Positions 1 to 7,592 are shown, counted from the stretch's first letter. The stretch: 23,768 nt of DNA from Methanothrix sp. (GCA_037128175.1 JBAXWY010000046.1:1-23768), one strand, 5' to 3'. Notes: generated by a model from the sequence alone, not told the origin. Made by a program: numbers and translations.

Positions 1-759
1 ATAGCTGTTTTGGTTATTATCGCCATGGCCGTAGTAGCCACTGCCGGTGCAGCAAATTACATGTACGAAAAGGCATCGGTCAAGGGCGTTGGATACAAGA
101 ACGTAGAGATGATCATTTCCACCCAGACTGGCTTTAACGGCCAGAAGCTGGTAGAGAAAGAGTCCGGCTCCGGTAACGTCATCACCGAGAGGACTGAGCT
201 GGAAGCCGAGAGGCAGCTCAACAGGACCTACGATCAGATCGAAGGGAATTGCCAATGGCCAACCGGCATTGCATGCCCCATGGACTACATCAACTTCACC
301 AAGGAAGCTGAGTTCGAGTACATGCCCGTCTCATACCAGACCGGCACCTACGACCAGAAGTGGGTAGAGAAGCTGTGCGTACAGAACTACAGAATCGGCG
401 CTGTGCTGACTGAGATGTACACCCATGCTGAGCACCTGCAGAAGACCACCGAGGTCAAGACCAGAGGCTACAGCAAGGTGTCCTACAGCGGTAATCCTAA
501 CGACGGAACTGACGGCAGCTGCCCAGCTTGCTGCACCGGTGTTCTCGAAGCTAACCTGAACAGCAACGTAATCGGTGTTGCACACATCGGCTGGATCTCC
601 CGCGACCCCAACGCTGACAACCAGCTCAAAGGCCGCCATGCTGAGTACGGCAGATCTGTCGAGGACCTGACTGGCGTCTTCTCCATCGAGAAGTTCATCC
701 AGCTCTGGGGCAACTCCACATGCGGCGCAATCAGCGTTGACTGGCTGCCCTGCGTGTAG
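1..759 (+). CDS. Secreted Cys-rich structural protein, copy 1 (5'-truncated by window edge); candidate MspA-type sheath subunit
   Basis: Frame is open from base 1 (IAVLVIIAM...), so it lacks only the MRKL start seen in the other copies. Signal peptide ends ATAGA|ANY, there are 8 Cys, and codons are strongly C-ending. The sheath assignment is inference. Confidence 0.8.
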   Translation: MAVLVIIAMAVVATAGAANYMYEKASVKGVGYKNVEMIISTQTGFNGQKLVEKESGSGNVITERTELEAERQLNRTYDQIEGNCQWPTGIACPMDYINFTKEAEFEYMPVSYQTGTYDQKWVEKLCVQNYRIGAVLTEMYTHAEHLQKTTEVKTRGYSKVSYSGNPNDGTDGSCPACCTGVLEANLNSNVIGVAHIGWISRDPNADNQLKGRHAEYGRSVEDLTGVFSIEKFIQLWGNSTCGAISVDWLPCV

Positions 760-788
760 ATAGATTTAACCTGCAACTCTAGAATCGG

Positions 789-812
789 GCTTCGGGCTCT
801 AAAGCCCGGAGT
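789..812 (+). terminator. 3' hairpin after copy 1
   Basis: GCTTCGGGCT-ctaa-AGCCCGGAGT stem (with G:U pairs), followed by a T-rich tract. Confidence 0.7.
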
Positions 813-883
813 TTCAATTATATTTTTGATGATATTTATCGAAAGCGCTATCAAATGGCTGTATAGTTTTGATTTCTTCGCAT

Positions 884-951
884 TGCCAAAATGCATTTTT
901 CGCTCGATAAATTTATATGTCATTAGCCTAATTGATGCAATCTGTGCCTGA
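884..951 (+). promoter_or_regulatory. Promoter of copy 2
   Basis: TGCCAAAA at 884, TATA-like TTTATAT at 912, and conserved GTGCCTGA at 944 as the probable start site. The same spacing recurs before copies 3-5. Confidence 0.65.
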
Positions 952-1132
952 GAAACGTTTTCAATTGCCCGATCAAAAACCTGGGGCCAGGCGCCTCACG
1001 CCGGAGTGGATAGCATGCAATTCTTCCGTCAGCCGCTATAATGCAAGTTCGCAGTCCAATCGGGGTGATGCATTAAGGATCAATTGCGTTTTAATGTAGC
1101 TCTCGATCCTGATGAAAAGAGGAGGGAAAGAA

Positions 1133-1903
1133 ATGAGAAAACTGATAGCTGTTTTGGTCATTATCGCCATGGCAATAGTCGCCACAGCCGGTGCAGCCAA
1201 CTACATGTACGAGAAGGCATCGGTTAAGGGCGTTGGATACAAGAACGTAGAGATGATCATTTCCACCCAGACTGGCTTTAACGGCCAGAAGCTGGTAGAG
1301 AAAGAGTCCGGCTCCGGTAACGTCATCACCGAGAGGACTGAGCTGGAAGCCGAGAGGCAGCTCAACAGGACCTACGATCAGATCGAAGGGAATTGCCAAT
1401 GGCCAACCGGCATTGCATGCCCCATGGACTACATCAACTTCACCAAGGAAGCTGAGTTCGAGTACATGCCCGTCTCATACCAGACCGGCACCTACGACCA
1501 GAAGTGGGTAGAGAAGCTGTGCGTACAGAACTACAGAATCGGCGCTGTGCTGACTGAGATGTACACCCACGCTGAGCACCTGCAGAAGACCACCGAGGTC
1601 AAGACCAGAGGCTACAGCAAAGTATCTACAGCTACTGGCCCTGACGGCGTAACTGACGGCAGCTGCCCAGCTTGCTGCACCGGTGTTCTCGAGGCTAACC
1701 TGAACAGCAACGTTATCGGTGTTGCACACATCGGCTGGATCTCTAGAGACCCCAACGCTGACAACCAGCTCAAGGGCCGCCATGCTGAGTACGGCAGATC
1801 TGTCGAGGACCTGACTGGCGTCTTCTCCATCGAGAAGTTCATCCAGCTCTGGGGCAACTCCACATGCGGCGCAATCAGCGTTGACTGGCTGCCCTGCGTG
1901 TAG
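1133..1903 (+). CDS. Secreted Cys-rich structural protein, copy 2 (256 aa); candidate MspA-type sheath subunit
   Basis: ATG at 1133 follows GGAGG. The N-terminus MRKLIAVLVIIAMAIVATAGA matches copies 4 and 5, so the ORF-track start at 1112 is an over-extension. Confidence 0.85.
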   Translation: MRKLIAVLVIIAMAIVATAGAANYMYEKASVKGVGYKNVEMIISTQTGFNGQKLVEKESGSGNVITERTELEAERQLNRTYDQIEGNCQWPTGIACPMDYINFTKEAEFEYMPVSYQTGTYDQKWVEKLCVQNYRIGAVLTEMYTHAEHLQKTTEVKTRGYSKVSTATGPDGVTDGSCPACCTGVLEANLNSNVIGVAHIGWISRDPNADNQLKGRHAEYGRSVEDLTGVFSIEKFIQLWGNSTCGAISVDWLPCV

Positions 1904-1933
1904 ATAGGCTGAAATCTGTATAACATCAAAGCC

Positions 1934-1977
1934 GGCTTCGGGCTCTTGGGCCCGGAGTCTAATTTGTTTTTTTTTTT
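1934..1977 (+). terminator. 3' hairpin plus oligo-T after copy 2
   Basis: GGCTTCGGGCT-cttg-GGCCCGGAGTC stem followed by a long T run. Confidence 0.75.
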
Positions 1978-2070
1978 GCTTTAGACTGGGTTTTTATTAT
2001 TAATTGCAAAATATCTAAGATGCTGTGCTTTGCAATTGAAAAAACAAGCACCGGGCGCACATATATTGGA

Positions 2071-2140
2071 TGACAAAATTTTCTTTTTCATGCTCGATAG
2101 GTTTATATGCCATTAACCTAATCAAAACGGTCGTGCCTGA
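2071..2140 (+). promoter_or_regulatory. Promoter of copy 3
   Basis: TGACAAAA at 2071, TTTATAT at 2102, GTGCCTGA at 2133. Confidence 0.65.
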
Positions 2141-2373
2141 AATCTAATCCAAATCATTGGATCAGGCGCCTCACGCTGAATAGGGTGGCATTTGACGCAT
2201 TCGGCCGATGCTTTAAGGCAATGCCGAAACCATGCGGTTTCATCTTTTATGATGGAACGATCCCGTGTCTTAGGGCCAGGATTCTGCGATCCAATCAGAG
2301 TGATGTACTAATGGATCATTTGTTGCTGTCAAAAAGCAGCCTTCGATCCTCATATCGTGGAGGTGGGAAAGAA

Positions 2374-3144
2374 ATGAGAAAATTATTAGCTGTTTTGGTT
2401 ATTATCGCCATGGCCGTAGTAGCCACTGCCGGTGCAGCAAATTACATGTACGAAAAGGCATCGGTCAAGGGCGTTGGATACAAGAACGTAGAGATGATCA
2501 TTTCCACCCAGACTGGCTTTAACGGCCAGAAGCTGGTAGAGAAAGAGTCCGGCTCCGGTAACGTCATCACCGAGAGGACTGAGCTGGAAGCCGAGAGGCA
2601 GCTCAACAGGACCTACGATCAGATCGAAGGGAATTGCCAATGGCCAACCGGCATTGCATGCCCCATGGACTACATCAACTTCACCAAGGAAGCTGAGTTC
2701 GAGTACATGCCCGTCTCATACCAGACCGGCACCTACGACCAGAAGTGGGTAGAGAAGCTGTGCGTACAGAACTACAGAATCGGCGCTGTGCTGACTGAGA
2801 TGTACACCCACGCTGAGCACCTGCAGAAGACCACCGAGGTCAAGACCAGAGGCTACAGCAAAGTATCTACAGCTACTGGCCCTGACGGCGTAACTGACGG
2901 CAGCTGCCCAGCTTGCTGCACCGGTGTTCTCGAGGCTAACCTGAACAGCAACGTTATCGGTGTTGCACACATCGGCTGGATCTCTAGAGACCCCAACGCT
3001 GACAACCAGCTCAAGGGCCGCCATGCTGAGTACGGCAGATCTGTCGAGGACCTGACTGGCGTCTTCTCCATCGAGAAGTTCATCCAGCTCTGGGGCAACT
3101 CCACATGCGGCGCAATCAGCGTTGACTGGCTGCCCTGCGTGTAG
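2374..3144 (+). CDS. Secreted Cys-rich structural protein, copy 3 (256 aa); mature protein identical to copy 2
   Basis: ATG at 2374 follows GGAGGTG. The upstream extension to 2185 is non-coding leader. Confidence 0.85.
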   Translation: MRKLLAVLVIIAMAVVATAGAANYMYEKASVKGVGYKNVEMIISTQTGFNGQKLVEKESGSGNVITERTELEAERQLNRTYDQIEGNCQWPTGIACPMDYINFTKEAEFEYMPVSYQTGTYDQKWVEKLCVQNYRIGAVLTEMYTHAEHLQKTTEVKTRGYSKVSTATGPDGVTDGSCPACCTGVLEANLNSNVIGVAHIGWISRDPNADNQLKGRHAEYGRSVEDLTGVFSIEKFIQLWGNSTCGAISVDWLPCV

Positions 3145-3174
3145 ATAGGCTGAAATCTGTATAATATTAAAGCC

Positions 3175-3222
3175 GGCTTCGGGCTCTTAAAGCCCGGAGT
3201 TCAAATTTTATATTCTTGTTTT
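3175..3222 (+). terminator. 3' hairpin after copy 3
   Basis: GCTTCGGGCT...AGCCCGGAGT stem followed by a T-rich tract. Confidence 0.7.
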
Positions 3223-3230
3223 CGTCGCGT

Positions 3231-3298
3231 TGCCAAAAAGCCGCTCTCCTTCGTTAAATTTATCTGCTATTAGCTTGATTAGTAGAACTTGTGCCTGA
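3231..3298 (+). promoter_or_regulatory. Promoter of copy 4
   Basis: TGCCAAAA at 3231, TTTATCT at 3259, GTGCCTGA at 3291. Confidence 0.6.
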
Positions 3299-3377
3299 GA
3301 AACTTTTTCAATTGCCCTATCAAAAACATGGGGTCAGGCGTCTCACGTCGAAGTGAGTAGCAAGAGGAGGGAAATAG

Positions 3378-4226
3378 ATGAGAAAACTGATAGCTGTTTT
3401 GGTTATTATCGCCATGACCATAGTAGCCACAGCCGGTGCAGCCAACTACATGTACGAAAAGGCATCGGTCAAAGGCGTTGGATACAAGAACGTAGAGATG
3501 ATCATTTCTACCCAGACCGGCTTTAACGGCCAGAAGCTGGTCGAGAAAGAGTCCGGCTCGGGTAACGTCATCACCGAGCGAACTGAGCTTGAGGCGGAGA
3601 GGCAGCTAGAACGATATAAACATAGGACTACACAGGCGGTGCCAAAAGCGCCTACAAACGGATATGCATCTCTCGGTGATTGGGTTCCAATTGGATATCC
3701 ATATAGGGGTGGCTTGGATGGAGGATGCGATTGGCCGACCGGCACTGCCTGTCCCATGGACTACATCAACTTCACCAAGGAAGCTGAGTTCGAGTACATG
3801 CCCGTCTCATACCAGACCGGCACCTACGACCAGAAGTGGGTAGAGAAGCTGTGCGTACAGAACTACAGAATCGGCGCTGTGCTGACTGAGATGTACACCC
3901 ACGCTGAGCACCTGCAGAAGACCACCGAGGTCAAGACCAGGGGATACGGTAGCATTAACTTTGTTGAGGGCGACGTTATTGATAGCTGCCCCGCTTGCTG
4001 CACCGGTGTTCTCGAAGCTAACCTGAACAGCAACGTTATCGGTGTGGCCCACATCGGCTGGATCTCCAGAGATCCCAACGCTGACAACCAGCTCAAAGGC
4101 CGCCATGCTGAATACGGGCGATCGGTCGAGGACCTGACTGGCGTCTTCTCCATCGAGAAGTTCATCCAGCTCTGGGGCAACTCCACCTGCGGCGCAATCA
4201 GCGTTGACTGGCTGCCCTGCGTGTAG
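3378..4226 (+). CDS. Secreted Cys-rich structural protein, copy 4 (282 aa, long loop-1 variant)
   Basis: GGAGG precedes the ATG. Same scaffold as copies 1-3, with loop 1 longer by 29 aa and loop 2 shorter by 3 aa. Confidence 0.85.
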   Translation: MRKLIAVLVIIAMTIVATAGAANYMYEKASVKGVGYKNVEMIISTQTGFNGQKLVEKESGSGNVITERTELEAERQLERYKHRTTQAVPKAPTNGYASLGDWVPIGYPYRGGLDGGCDWPTGTACPMDYINFTKEAEFEYMPVSYQTGTYDQKWVEKLCVQNYRIGAVLTEMYTHAEHLQKTTEVKTRGYGSINFVEGDVIDSCPACCTGVLEANLNSNVIGVAHIGWISRDPNADNQLKGRHAEYGRSVEDLTGVFSIEKFIQLWGNSTCGAISVDWLPCV

Positions 4227-4246
4227 ATCGGCTAATATTAAAGCTT

Positions 4247-4293
4247 GGCTTCGGGCTCTTAAGCCCGGAGTTCTAATTTTATATTCTTGTTTT
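4247..4293 (+). terminator. 3' hairpin after copy 4
   Basis: GCTTCGGGCT-ctta-AGCCCGGAGT stem followed by a T-rich tract. Confidence 0.7.
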
Positions 4294-4301
4294 CGTCGCG
4301 T

Positions 4302-4369
4302 TGCCAACAAGTAGTTGTCATTCGTTAACTTTATCTGCCCTTAGCCTGATTAGTAGGACTTGTGCATGA
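4302..4369 (+). promoter_or_regulatory. Promoter of copy 5
   Basis: TGCCAACA at 4302, TTTATCT at 4330, GTGCATGA at 4362. Confidence 0.6.
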
Positions 4370-4466
4370 GAATTTTTTTTCAATTGCCAGATCAAAAACA
4401 GGTGCATTAGGGGTCAATTGCTTTTTAATGCAGCTCTCGATCCTTATTAAATGAGGTGGGAAATAA

Positions 4467-5315
4467 ATGAGAAAACTGATAGCTGTTTTGGTTACTATCG
4501 CCATTGCCATAGTAGCCACAGCCGGTGCAGCCAACTACATGTACGAAAAGGCATCGGTCAAAGGCGTTGGATACAAGAACGTAGAGATGATCATTTCTAC
4601 CCAGACCGGCTTTAACGGCCAGAAGCTGGTCGAGAAAGAGTCCGGCTCGGGTAACGTCATCACCGAGCGAACTGAGCTTGAGGCGGAGAGGCAGCTAGAA
4701 CGATATAAACATAGGACTACACAGGCGGTGCCAAAAGCGCCTACAAACGGATATGCATCTCTCGGTGATTGGGTTCCAATTGGATATCCATATAGGGGTG
4801 GCTTGGATGGAGGATGCGATTGGCCGACCGGCACTGCCTGTCCCATGGACTACATCAACTTCACCAAGGAAGCTGAGTTCGAGTACATGCCCGTCTCATA
4901 CCAGACCGGCACCTACGACCAGAAGTGGGTAGAGAAGCTGTGCGTACAGAACTACAGAATCGGCGCTGTGCTGACTGAGATGTACACCCACGCTGAGCAC
5001 CTGCAGAAGACCACCGAGGTCAAGACCAGGGGATACGGTAGCATTAACTTTGTTGAGGGCGACGTTATTGATAGCTGCCCCGCTTGCTGCACCGGTGTTC
5101 TCGAAGCTAACCTGAACAGCAACGTTATCGGTGTGGCCCACATCGGCTGGATCTCCAGAGATCCCAACGCTGACAACCAGCTCAAAGGCCGCCATGCTGA
5201 ATACGGGCGATCGGTCGAGGACCTGACTGGCGTCTTCTCCATCGAGAAGTTCATCCAGCTCTGGGGCAACTCCACCTGCGGCGCTATCAGTGTTGATTGG
5301 CTCCCCTGCGTGTAA
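4467..5315 (+). CDS. Secreted Cys-rich structural protein, copy 5 (282 aa); mature protein identical to copy 4
   Basis: GAGGTG precedes the ATG. Differs from copy 4 in signal-peptide codons, the last synonymous codons and the stop codon. Confidence 0.85.
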   Translation: MRKLIAVLVTIAIAIVATAGAANYMYEKASVKGVGYKNVEMIISTQTGFNGQKLVEKESGSGNVITERTELEAERQLERYKHRTTQAVPKAPTNGYASLGDWVPIGYPYRGGLDGGCDWPTGTACPMDYINFTKEAEFEYMPVSYQTGTYDQKWVEKLCVQNYRIGAVLTEMYTHAEHLQKTTEVKTRGYGSINFVEGDVIDSCPACCTGVLEANLNSNVIGVAHIGWISRDPNADNQLKGRHAEYGRSVEDLTGVFSIEKFIQLWGNSTCGAISVDWLPCV

Positions 5316-5350
5316 ATAGATCAATTACAACTTTTTTAGGAATAGCGTCT

Positions 5351-5379
5351 CGGATTTTCTTTCCTGGAAGCAAAATCCG
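5351..5379 (+). terminator. Hairpin after copy 5 (unrelated to the hairpin of copies 1-4)
   Basis: CGGATTTT...AAAATCCG inverted repeat; a T6 run lies just upstream. Confidence 0.45.
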
Positions 5380-5442
5380 GCTGGATGTAAGATACTTCTG
5401 TGCCGCCTTGAGCGCGGAATGACTTTTTCCCGTGCAAATAAC

Positions 5443-5460
5443 AGATAGATTTATATCAAA
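5443..5460 (+). promoter_or_regulatory. Putative TATA box for the 5569 gene
   Basis: GATAGA-TTTATAT at 5450 resembles the CGATA(A/G)n-TTTATAT boxes of copies 2 and 3. An RBS-like GGGGTGA precedes the ATG. Confidence 0.5.
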
Positions 5461-5568
5461 TAAAAACGTCAGAGTATAACTGTAGTTAAAAGATCGCAAT
5501 TTAAGCGATAACGCATCTACATAAAGGGATAAACAATTTGTTGCATTAACATCGGGGGTGAATGTAGC

Positions 5569-6363
5569 ATGAAGGGAGTAGTAGGAATAGTAGTACTTGC
5601 AATTGCCCTTATGGGGCTATGTGGTACTGTGATGGCCAATCCGCCCATAGTTCCGCCCGTACAGTATGAGCAGTTTTGTGAAGCACATAAGGTATCCGGA
5701 ACCGGAATTATCGATGTCAGCACATCGGTAATCGACAAAAAGATCGCACTCGAGTATTTCAACACCATGAATGGCGACGGAGATCTCGAGCTGGACCAGG
5801 AGACCGCGTACTCACAGAATGCCGACAAACTGAGGAGGAATGTGTCCTCTGTAAATGGTGGAAATGAATCCGCTCTGAACCTCATCCAGACCACGAAGTT
5901 GACTTATGCGGGCGAGACGCCCTTGACCGGTGGCAAACTCCTCAACTCCAAGGCCTTCTACGGAGGCATTGGTGCCAATGTGCAGGAGCTTTTCTCTGTA
6001 AATGAGATGGAACAGGATCAGACCGCGTTCTTTGCCTCAACCACGCCCTATGAGACACCATACGGCGCACCTGAGGATCTGCCTGGCCTGCTCAAGAATG
6101 CCGGCAGAGATACCGCTGCAGTCGAGCAGCTCATGACGGCCAGCAATGGTGTATATGTTCCGTCCCATCTGGTTGGTCTCGAGACCAAGAACTCCTTCAA
6201 TGGTACCTGGGGCACCGACGCAACCTGGCATAAGATATTCTACAAGGACATCAAGGCTCACGAGATGTTCACAGGTGTGTTCGAAGCCGAGAAGACCATT
6301 AAGTTCCATGAGAACCCGGTGCCCGATAGAATCCGTGCACCTTGTGAAGGCATAGACTGCTAG
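5569..6363 (+). CDS. Secreted protein, distant paralog of the array protein (candidate minor or accessory subunit)
   Basis: Signal peptide MKGVVGIVVLAIALMGLCGTVMA. Motifs KVSGTG, GIGANVQELF and EMFTGVFEAEKTIKF, and a C-terminal PCEGIDC, are collinear with the array protein. A T run follows the stop. Confidence 0.8.
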   Translation: MKGVVGIVVLAIALMGLCGTVMANPPIVPPVQYEQFCEAHKVSGTGIIDVSTSVIDKKIALEYFNTMNGDGDLELDQETAYSQNADKLRRNVSSVNGGNESALNLIQTTKLTYAGETPLTGGKLLNSKAFYGGIGANVQELFSVNEMEQDQTAFFASTTPYETPYGAPEDLPGLLKNAGRDTAAVEQLMTASNGVYVPSHLVGLETKNSFNGTWGTDATWHKIFYKDIKAHEMFTGVFEAEKTIKFHENPVPDRIRAPCEGIDC

Positions 6364-6422
6364 GCCGAGAAAGCCTGCAGTTTTTTTTCTTTTTTTTTTA
6401 TAGCAATATTCGGGGGGTTCGC

Positions 6423-7592
6423 ATGAAAAGACAAATGATTTGTATAATGATAATATTCATCCTGACGGCAGCCCCGGTAGTGGCCACAGTTGAGGACGCG
6501 GGCATGGCATCTGGTGATGTTTCGAGCAGCCCCTGGACGGGTTCCACATCGCCAACGGTGCCTACATTTTTGCCCAGCCCCTGTTCCGGTGACTATGGTA
6601 GCCTCACCGTTGCCATCGGCCTTACCGGGCCCGAGTCAGAGCCTGATAAATTCTATACAACTCCAGGCAAACCACTGGACTTCATGGTTACGGTAAGTAA
6701 TGATGGTAGAACGGAGGTGGAGGCACAGGTCTGCGTCAAGCCGGAAGGCTGTCCTTTTGAATGGTTTAGCTGGACGACCACTCCCTTGACCATTCCGGCA
6801 GGAGTCTCGCGTTCTGTGGCCCTGCAAGTTTTTCCGGATACAAATGCTGTAGCCGGAGAGTACAGATTCGCGGTGGAGGCCTCGGCCAAATGCCGCAGCT
6901 CTGAGCCACGCCCTGCAAAATTCAAGGTGCAAGCATTCGATTACGCCTCAGAGACCTCTGTGAGCGGCTCTGGCCAATTTCAGATCAATAAAGACCTCAG
7001 ATCCATGAACTCGGGGATCAAGTCCACCAAAAACGTGCTGTTTTCCGGTAGCGTGGATGCTCTGGTGAAGAACGAATACCTGGTGGACAAGGCATTGGGC
7101 AAGAATGCCAATTTCCAGGAACAGGATGCAGTTGACAACTACAATGCCGTCTCTCTTGGGGATGCACTTGTCGGAACGGAGACCTTCAAGAGTTCTGCGA
7201 TCTTCGGAGGGGTGGGGGCCAAAGTCCGGGAAAGTTATGATGTGCAGCAGATGGAGTTCAAGAACCAGGATTTCACATTGCACCAGACGGGATCTCTAAA
7301 GAAGACTGCAGAGTTCAAGACGGCTGATAACTTCACAGGATATTATCTGATAGATGCTAAGCAGGTAATTCCCGGCCAGAAGAACCTGAAGGAGTTTGAG
7401 GAGTATTTCGGATCCTTTGAAATAAACCGGAGAATACTCTTCCGGGATGCCGCAAAATCCAAGACGCCATGCCTGGAAGGAGACTGTCTGAAAGCACCGA
7501 GCATTAAAGCACCGGCACCAAGCTTTACCAGCCCCTGCTTAAGCGGCTCATGCAACGACTTCGTGAACCGGCTGAATTCATTCGGCAAGTGA
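6423..7592 (+). CDS. Secreted protein with an N-terminal Ig-like domain and a C-terminal domain related to the array protein
   Basis: Signal peptide, then a Ser/Pro/Thr linker, then a CARDB/NEW3-like pattern (PGKPLDFMVTVSNDG...LTIPAGVSRSVALQV...AGEYRFAVEA). These are followed by SVSGSG, GVGAKVRESY, EEYFGSFEINRRILF and two PCxxxxC motifs. Confidence 0.8.
   Translation: MKRQMICIMIIFILTAAPVVATVEDAGMASGDVSSSPWTGSTSPTVPTFLPSPCSGDYGSLTVAIGLTGPESEPDKFYTTPGKPLDFMVTVSNDGRTEVEAQVCVKPEGCPFEWFSWTTTPLTIPAGVSRSVALQVFPDTNAVAGEYRFAVEASAKCRSSEPRPAKFKVQAFDYASETSVSGSGQFQINKDLRSMNSGIKSTKNVLFSGSVDALVKNEYLVDKALGKNANFQEQDAVDNYNAVSLGDALVGTETFKSSAIFGGVGAKVRESYDVQQMEFKNQDFTLHQTGSLKKTAEFKTADNFTGYYLIDAKQVIPGQKNLKEFEEYFGSFEINRRILFRDAAKSKTPCLEGDCLKAPSIKAPAPSFTSPCLSGSCNDFVNRLNSFGK

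Larger units (their letters stand above)
1..5315 (+). repeat. Tandem array of five gene-sized units (about 1.0-1.25 kb period)
   Basis: Near-identical coding sequences start at <1, 1133, 2374, 3378 and 4467, separated by partly homologous spacers. Confidence 0.95.

Noticed and set aside
484-525. Heme-binding (CxxCH) cytochrome nanowire interpretation of CPACC
   Set aside because: The motif is CxxCC with no following His, and no CxxCH occurs in any paralog.
2185-2373. 63-aa N-terminal extension of copy 3 (and 7-aa extension of copy 2)
   Set aside because: The SD and signal peptide place the starts at 2374 and 1133. The extension is leader sequence and is not open in the other copies.
3686-3701. 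Overlapping 10-bp palindromes TCCAATTGGA and TGGATATCCA in the loop-1 insert
   Set aside because: They are short and lie inside coding sequence. They are present twice only through duplication, and nothing supports a recombination-site role.
760-4466. CRISPR array or IS ends in the repeated spacers
   Set aside because: The repeats recur at ~1.1 kb gene periodicity and correspond to promoters and terminators. There is no repeat-spacer cadence, cas gene, transposase or target duplication.
1-5315. Diversity-generating retroelement acting on the variable loops
   Set aside because: No reverse transcriptase is present in the window. Loop differences include length changes and non-adenine substitutions, and all copies are intact genes rather than a template/variable repeat pair.
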